DNA from: a virus
Lineage: Duplodnaviria > Caudoviricetes
Direction: 5' to 3' (one strand)
Length of the DNA: 51,522 nucleotides
IMG/VR virus record: IMGVR_UViG_3300039149_000010
Span: 1 to 51,522 of that record
Shown: positions 46,695 through 51,522 of the stretch, piece by piece
Position numbering within the stretch: the stretch's first letter is position 1
How the letters are laid out: each line of letters opens with the position of its first letter
Position numbers and translations under genes: made by a program
Notes under the pieces: generated by a model
What the model saw: only the letters and a program-made list of their open reading frames with translations
Database searches by the model: none
Told to the model about the DNA's origin: nothing

Positions 46695-47315
46695 CTACAA
46701 TTCCCAATCCGGTACATTCACGCCTAAACTCATAGTAAGTCTGCGCTTGCGCGACCGTCGAATATGCAATGCGGCTTCCTGATAAGTTTGGATTGTCCAA
46801 CTCTCTATATCTGCTGTACAAGCAGCTTGCTCAAGCTCGTCACTCGAAAATTGAACACCTAACAATTCGTCAACCCGATTGCGTGTTTCTGGATGCAGTT
46901 GGATAATCTCATAATTTTGCGTATACCATAGCTGATAGTCCGGCTTGCCAAGCGCACGCCCCGCACCTTTCCAATCAGCCACCATCTCGCGGATATATAG
47001 TTCAGGCATTGGGAGTAATACCTGCTCACCTGAATCTCGCCCCAGTCGCCAATATTGCCAATGATGCCTATTTCGCTGCTGATGGTGAAGCCATGCATAT
47101 TGATAGCTAATATCCTGCATAGCCTCATCAACATTATTGTCTTTGCCATAGAAACGGTTGACGTATGGAAACCACTCTTCGGGCAGAAACTTGTCCCAGT
47201 CATGAAAAAAAGCAACCCAGATGGGAACACGTAATCCGATACATGCCCAGAACACAAACCACTTGTGACGTAGAACGTACTTGAGATATTGCCAATGCTT
47301 TTTGACGGTTGCCAT
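46695..47315 (-). CDS. DUF5662-like HD-motif protein
   Basis: HKWFV...HDWDKF...WLHHQQRNRHHWQYW...EMVADW. Confidence 0.8.
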   Translation of the reverse strand: MATVKKHWQYLKYVLRHKWFVFWACIGLRVPIWVAFFHDWDKFLPEEWFPYVNRFYGKDNNVDEAMQDISYQYAWLHHQQRNRHHWQYWRLGRDSGEQVLLPMPELYIREMVADWKGAGRALGKPDYQLWYTQNYEIIQLHPETRNRVDELLGVQFSSDELEQAACTADIESWTIQTYQEAALHIRRSRKRRLTMSLGVNVPDWEL

Positions 47316-47340
47316 AAGAACCTTTCTCCTATCTCTCGCT

Positions 47341-47793
47341 TCAGTTGGTCGATAACGCCTCTACGCCGATACTAACTTGCCGCTGGTCTTTCGGGCAGCC
47401 CCGATGGATACGGGCGCTCATGCTTACCACCTGCACGTCATCTTCCCAAACCACCCCGTTAAGCGCGTCTAAAACAGCCTTTACCAAATTGTCCAGGTCT
47501 GCGCCGCCGTTGCCATAACAGAATGTCATATCCACGCGAACCGGCATGGTAAACAGTTCCCGGCCTTCAATAGCCATTCTTTCCCGTGCCTTCCAGCCGA
47601 TGGTCTGTTCCCATGCTGCTGTCCGGGCGGGGGTGTATGCCTTGCCCCGCCCTATACGCGGTCGGGCTTTCGGGACGGGATTACCTTCCACAACGAATAC
47701 TAACCCCTGTTTCCGCTGCGTATTCCGGTAACACTGCAATTGTTCCACGTCAATGTAGGTAGGGTCTATATCAGTCATCGCCATGTACCTCAT
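47341..47793 (-). CDS. rusA: RusA-family Holliday junction resolvase
   Basis: PVPKARPR, DLDNLVKAVLDALNGVVWEDDVQV. Confidence 0.93.
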   Translation of the reverse strand: MRYMAMTDIDPTYIDVEQLQCYRNTQRKQGLVFVVEGNPVPKARPRIGRGKAYTPARTAAWEQTIGWKARERMAIEGRELFTMPVRVDMTFCYGNGGADLDNLVKAVLDALNGVVWEDDVQVVSMSARIHRGCPKDQRQVSIGVEALSTN

Positions 47794-48385
47794 AGACCGC
47801 TATCTGCCACCGTTTACCTTCCTCTTCCAGCAGGCTTATACCCGCCATAACCGCCGTCACAATATCATCAGTGGGCAATACCTCTCTGCTGGTCAACGTC
47901 AGGCGCTTGGTCATGCCCTGGAACGGTTCTTGCCCCGCAATGGCAACCGCGCTGGCTTCCATCACGCTATGCTTATGGTTATTGTCTAACTCTGACTTCA
48001 ACCACTTGACCGCTTCCCACACTTGCCCCGCCCGGTCAAGCTCTTTATGGGAACGTCCTGCCCGCCGCGCCTGTCTAAACCACGTATAATTCAATGCCTC
48101 GCTGTGCTTTCGTATTTCATGCAGCCCGTTTATTTCTACCACCAAATCTGAAGGTAAGCCGTCCGTGATCCAGAACCGGCGCATGGCGGCAAGTTCGTAT
48201 ACGCGCGTCTTGCTCATATTGAGGTCGTCTGCCAGCACATCCGCTTTATAATTATGATGGTCAAGCAGTTCGACCACCCATGCCGCCAACTGAAAATGGA
48301 GGTTGGAAATAGCCGCCACTATTTCCCGGCAATGACCCACGATTTCCGCCGTCGTTTGCGGCGGGTTGATGCCTAAATCACGCAT
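47771..48385 (-). CDS. Hypothetical protein with an HTH-like segment
   Basis: ATG at 48385 with GGGAG RBS; LADDLNMSKTRVYEL. Confidence 0.65.
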   Translation of the reverse strand: MRDLGINPPQTTAEIVGHCREIVAAISNLHFQLAAWVVELLDHHNYKADVLADDLNMSKTRVYELAAMRRFWITDGLPSDLVVEINGLHEIRKHSEALNYTWFRQARRAGRSHKELDRAGQVWEAVKWLKSELDNNHKHSVMEASAVAIAGQEPFQGMTKRLTLTSREVLPTDDIVTAVMAGISLLEEEGKRWQIAVYEVHGDD

Positions 48386-48533
48386 TCGGCTCCCCCGGTT
48401 CCCACTCGCTATCCTCCACCACGAACACCTCGCTTTCATCCGCTTCGTACACGGCGGTAAAATCAACCGCCGTATCAAACAGATTAGGGTCGTATTCCCC
48501 TTCACTGGTTAAATCAATAATTGGGTCATGCAT
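48378..48533 (-). CDS. Very acidic 51-aa protein (not in the ORF track)
   Basis: AGGAG RBS; MHDPIIDLTSEGEYDPNLFDTAVDFTAVYEADESEVFVVEDSEWEPGEPNA; overlaps the next start. Confidence 0.7.
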   Translation of the reverse strand: MHDPIIDLTSEGEYDPNLFDTAVDFTAVYEADESEVFVVEDSEWEPGEPNA

Positions 48534-48559
48534 TTATTTCTCCTGTTCTATATCCCAAT

Positions 48560-48949
48560 TCAACCTACTTTTTTCACTCGTGCCAACGGGAAATACATCG
48601 TTGCGCCAGAGCTACCGAAGTTCGGTGTATAGACTTTAAGCAGTCCACGATAGGCAAAGTAAGCTTTTACAACCCCATGCCCCCAGCGCTTCACATACAC
48701 GCAATCTCCTATCGACGCAATATCACTATGTCGTTGACACACTCGACGCTCTCTAATTCGTCGGTAGGTCGGGCGGCGCGTAAGGTAAAAACCGCGAAAG
48801 GCGCGGCGCGTTTGGCGTTTCCGATATACCGGCGGAGTAGCTTTTTGTTGTATCCCTTTTGCACCAACTCGGTTTCGCCGTCTTGCTGCTTTTCGACCAC
48901 TTGCATTTTCATGCGGTTTTCCATTCACTTTTTTTCGATTAATTTTCAT
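48560..48949 (-). CDS. Basic hypothetical protein
   Basis: Overlaps the upstream stop; SH3-like C-terminus. The frame is uncertain (alternative 48709..48924). Confidence 0.4.
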   Translation of the reverse strand: MKINRKKVNGKPHENASGRKAARRRNRVGAKGIQQKATPPVYRKRQTRRAFRGFYLTRRPTYRRIRERRVCQRHSDIASIGDCVYVKRWGHGVVKAYFAYRGLLKVYTPNFGSSGATMYFPLARVKKVG

Positions 48950-49301
48950 GGGGTTTATCCCCTAACTCTTTGTGTGCCAATTCCAACACATAATCACAGC
49001 ATCCCCGCAACCGCTTAATCTGCTCAAGTGACAATGCCCAAAACCTGTCTCCCATAATATCGTCGGTCAATATCACTCGTACTCCTGTGAGGTTGCCGTA
49101 AAAAGTAAAGAATAAATCCGGGTTGATGTCCTTGTTGTCGGCAATGCCACATTCATTGTCACCCACCCACCCCGGCCTAAATTCTTTCTGGTCGGGTTGA
49201 TAGGGTACAAAATGAATCAACTGCTCCAAAGCCTTCAGGCGCTTATCTTGCTCAGTCACCAGCAAGCGCAATTCCGTAATCTGCGTTTGTAAATCGTTCA
49301 T
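48939..49301 (-). CDS. Hypothetical protein
   Basis: GAGG RBS; ATGA coupling. Confidence 0.65.
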   Translation of the reverse strand: MNDLQTQITELRLLVTEQDKRLKALEQLIHFVPYQPDQKEFRPGWVGDNECGIADNKDINPDLFFTFYGNLTGVRVILTDDIMGDRFWALSLEQIKRLRGCCDYVLELAHKELGDKPHEN

Positions 49302-49687
49302 GATTGCACCTCATGGCCTTCCGTGTCAAAACCCGACCAAAACCGTCCAGCTACCAATGTCCATAGTGGATGTTTGGACGGAGGATAGGGACAATCCTCT
49401 ATAACTCCAATGGGATAATCCACACCTTTAGCCAAAACGCGGACAGACTCAATATCCAGGTATTCGACTGTGCCATTGCCCCAAAAACCGTTAACGCAGG
49501 CTACAAACTGCGATTTGGCTTGACCCCGCGATTCTGCTATCACAATATGAGCGTAAACTACATCATCAACTCGTGCGCTACCGACATAATCGCCGGTGTG
49601 GTACACGGGCTCATAGCTGGGCAAATCCTTCGTGTAAATCCAATATGCATTTAGTGGTTTGTTTGGAGTTTCGTTTTGCTTGCTCAT
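49298..49687 (-). CDS. Hypothetical protein
   Basis: GAAAGG RBS within a small hairpin. Confidence 0.65.
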   Translation of the reverse strand: MSKQNETPNKPLNAYWIYTKDLPSYEPVYHTGDYVGSARVDDVVYAHIVIAESRGQAKSQFVACVNGFWGNGTVEYLDIESVRVLAKGVDYPIGVIEDCPYPPSKHPLWTLVAGRFWSGFDTEGHEVQS

Positions 49688-49826
49688 TAGTCTGCCTTTC
49701 GACTATGCCTTAAAAGTGGGTGGGGCGGCGGTAAGGCTTCCGCTTTTCGGTACACCCCCGCTAAAGGATGCCCTAGCCCATACCCTATTGTATCATACAC
49801 CATAGCCCCTGTGCGTAAAGGTTGCA

Positions 49827-50660
49827 TTAATCCGCACTCGCAAATAAACTCAACTGTTTCACACCGTCCGTTTCGGTTGCCTGGAACGGATCGCTATTCC
49901 GTAGGCGCTGGCGTGCGATGTCCACATACTCCCGACTGCTATCGCCCAAGATGAACCGCCGCCCGGTTTTCCGTGCTGCCATACCGGTTGTGCCGCTGCC
50001 GCAAAATGGGTCGAGAACCAGTTCGCCGGGTTGCGTGTAAGTCTTTATCAGGTATTCGTATAAGGCGGATGGTTTTTGGGTGGGATGGACACTATGATTA
50101 TTCCCATTGGGAAATCGCAGCATGTCATCTGGATAATTTTCATATTCAATTATGCGTTTCAATTTGTGACTTGGCCTTGTATAGCGATGCTCGGTTAGGT
50201 ACTTGCTAGGACGTTTCCATATCTTAGGATTGTAAACAAGGTCTTGCGGATAATAATTCATATTACTCGGATTATTATTTGCTGTCGCTCCATTTGAAAA
50301 CACTAAGACATCTTCATGCCGTGCTAATGGTTTAAGTTTGGCGTTGGTGAAATTCGCTGCTATCGTTTTCTCCCACACCCAGTCGTACTTGTACCAGTCC
50401 AAATTGCTTACCCGTAACAGGCTGGCGAATGGCTCGGTAGCGGTCGTCAACATCACACCACGCGGTTTAAGGACACGCTTCACGGCTTGCCACCATTGGT
50501 CAAAATCAACCAGTACATCCCAACTGCACGCCGTCACACCGTAGGGCATGTCAGTAGCAATCATGTCCACCTGCACACCCTGTCGGTATAGCCAACCCAT
50601 TAAATCGAAGCAATCGGCGTAATGCACCCGGTTGGTAATGCCATCGTGTTCCCAGTCCAT
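49827..50660 (-). CDS. DNA N6-adenine/N4-cytosine methyltransferase (beta class), orphan
   Basis: TDMPYG catalytic motif IV, HPTQKP, VLDPFCGSGTT SAM-binding motif. Confidence 0.93.
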   Translation of the reverse strand: MDWEHDGITNRVHYADCFDLMGWLYRQGVQVDMIATDMPYGVTACSWDVLVDFDQWWQAVKRVLKPRGVMLTTATEPFASLLRVSNLDWYKYDWVWEKTIAANFTNAKLKPLARHEDVLVFSNGATANNNPSNMNYYPQDLVYNPKIWKRPSKYLTEHRYTRPSHKLKRIIEYENYPDDMLRFPNGNNHSVHPTQKPSALYEYLIKTYTQPGELVLDPFCGSGTTGMAARKTGRRFILGDSSREYVDIARQRLRNSDPFQATETDGVKQLSLFASAD

Positions 50661-50662
50661 CG

Positions 50663-50935
50663 TTAGCCGTCCTCAAATAAACTCAACTGTTTTACGACAG
50701 GCGGCCACACCTGCACATCCCCACGCCATACCGCTGCAATCGCGCTCACCTGCAATTGGCGTTTCTCCCACCCCAGTCCGTCGTCAGGATAGGGCGTACC
50801 GACAAAGCATAGCTCACTATATTGCGGTTTTCGGGATGTGGTGTAACTGACGATGTAGGTGTAGGGTTTACGCCGGACACGATACCAGCGTCCGGTAGTC
50901 TCTAGTTGTACGAAGTCCTCTTGCTGGATGTCCAT
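50663..50935 (-). CDS. Hypothetical protein ending in QLSLF
   Basis: TAATG coupling; GAGG RBS. Confidence 0.65.
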   Translation of the reverse strand: MDIQQEDFVQLETTGRWYRVRRKPYTYIVSYTTSRKPQYSELCFVGTPYPDDGLGWEKRQLQVSAIAAVWRGDVQVWPPVVKQLSLFEDG

Positions 50936-51132
50936 TAGCCGTCCTCGTCAGTCATCAGCACTTGCGCTGCCGCCTGCAGGGTGGGTATCGCTAGCAGTGA
51001 ACCACAGATGGTATGCGGCACAATGCCCCACTTCCGGCAGAGGCGTTCCAGGCGTACCGTTAAATCGCCGTTATGGTCTGCCAGTACCGTCAGGATGTCC
51101 ACTGCCATTTGGTTTCGGTCATTGGGTGTCAT
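50935..51132 (-). CDS. Hypothetical protein
   Basis: ATGA overlap with the stop of the PAPS-reductase-family gene. Confidence 0.6.
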   Translation of the reverse strand: MTPNDRNQMAVDILTVLADHNGDLTVRLERLCRKWGIVPHTICGSLLAIPTLQAAAQVLMTDEDG

Positions 51133-51395
51133 GCGTTTTTTTCCTGATGCAATGCGCAACTGGAACACATTGGGCGAAAACCGGGCAGTGGCATTTGACC
51201 AGCTTTCTCTTGAGCAAATCCTTTCGGGATATTCTCACCCCAACCCCAATGGTATTTGCGCTTGACTTGGCGCTCTAAATCATCCAACCATGCACCCCAT
51301 TGGGGATACCAAAAACTTGCTTCCTTGCGTTCCTCTGGCGACTGCGTTGGGCCACACATACATTCACCTGAACGATGCAACACCTGCGACACGGT
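51129..51395 (-). CDS. PAPS-reductase-family protein, C-terminal part
   Basis: In frame with 1..570 across the circular junction; RSGECMCG and CSSC motifs. Confidence 0.85.
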   Translation of the reverse strand, partial: TVSQVLHRSGECMCGPTQSPEERKEASFWYPQWGAWLDDLERQVKRKYHWGWGENIPKGFAQEKAGQMPLPGFRPMCSSCALHQEKNA

Positions 51396-51522
51396 GTTTA
51401 TTTGCACACCCTTTTCACCGAGGTATTGATAGCATGTGTTTTTATCCCAATGTCGAATGAGATTTGCCCAATAATTTTGATTGCGGCCTTCCTGTTGGAT
51501 GTCCTGATTATCTAGCTTAAAC
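51396..51522. repeat. Terminal direct repeat (copy 2)
   Basis: Identical to 1-127. Confidence 0.95.

Noticed and set aside
51396-51522. 127-bp terminal repeat as a biological genome end
   Set aside because: The length matches a common assembler k-mer and it falls mid-gene, so it is best read as circularisation overlap.

Overview
This window is an apparently complete, circular tailed-phage genome of siphovirus-like organisation. Bases 1-127 are repeated exactly at 51396-51522, so the unit length is about 51,395 bp, and a PAPS-reductase-family gene runs across the junction. Minus strand, reading from high to low coordinates: DNA methyltransferase, RusA and accessory genes, a GT-C-like membrane protein, small and large terminase, portal (fused to a MuF-like domain), protease/scaffold, major capsid, a free-standing HNH, a five-enzyme glycan cluster, head-tail and tail genes, and a lysis module. 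A replication/recombination arm (Rad52-like annealase, MazG-like protein, HTH initiator with iterons, primase-helicase) also lies on the minus strand, and an early/accessory arm lies on the plus strand (about 8.4-14.4 kb). I see no integrase, reverse transcriptase or CRISPR array. A Chloroflexota-like host is a weak impression only. Most notable: (1) the terminase carries a 300-aa intein in its Walker A motif, and the intein's central region is the stop-free antisense reading of a complete HNH endonuclease gene that has its own promoter and RBS; (2) an 85-nt RNA that is the tRNA-like domain of tmRNA (G3-U70) with no mRNA-like domain; (3) two sequence-unrelated but architecturally identical attenuator-like leaders behind a duplicated promoter; (4) a recurring RBS-sequestering hairpin plus antisense -10 switch; (5) a glycoside-hydrolase/holin in-frame fusion with an internal start; (6) repeat-bounded gene cassettes. 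All functional calls come from motifs and synteny recognised by eye; no searches were run.
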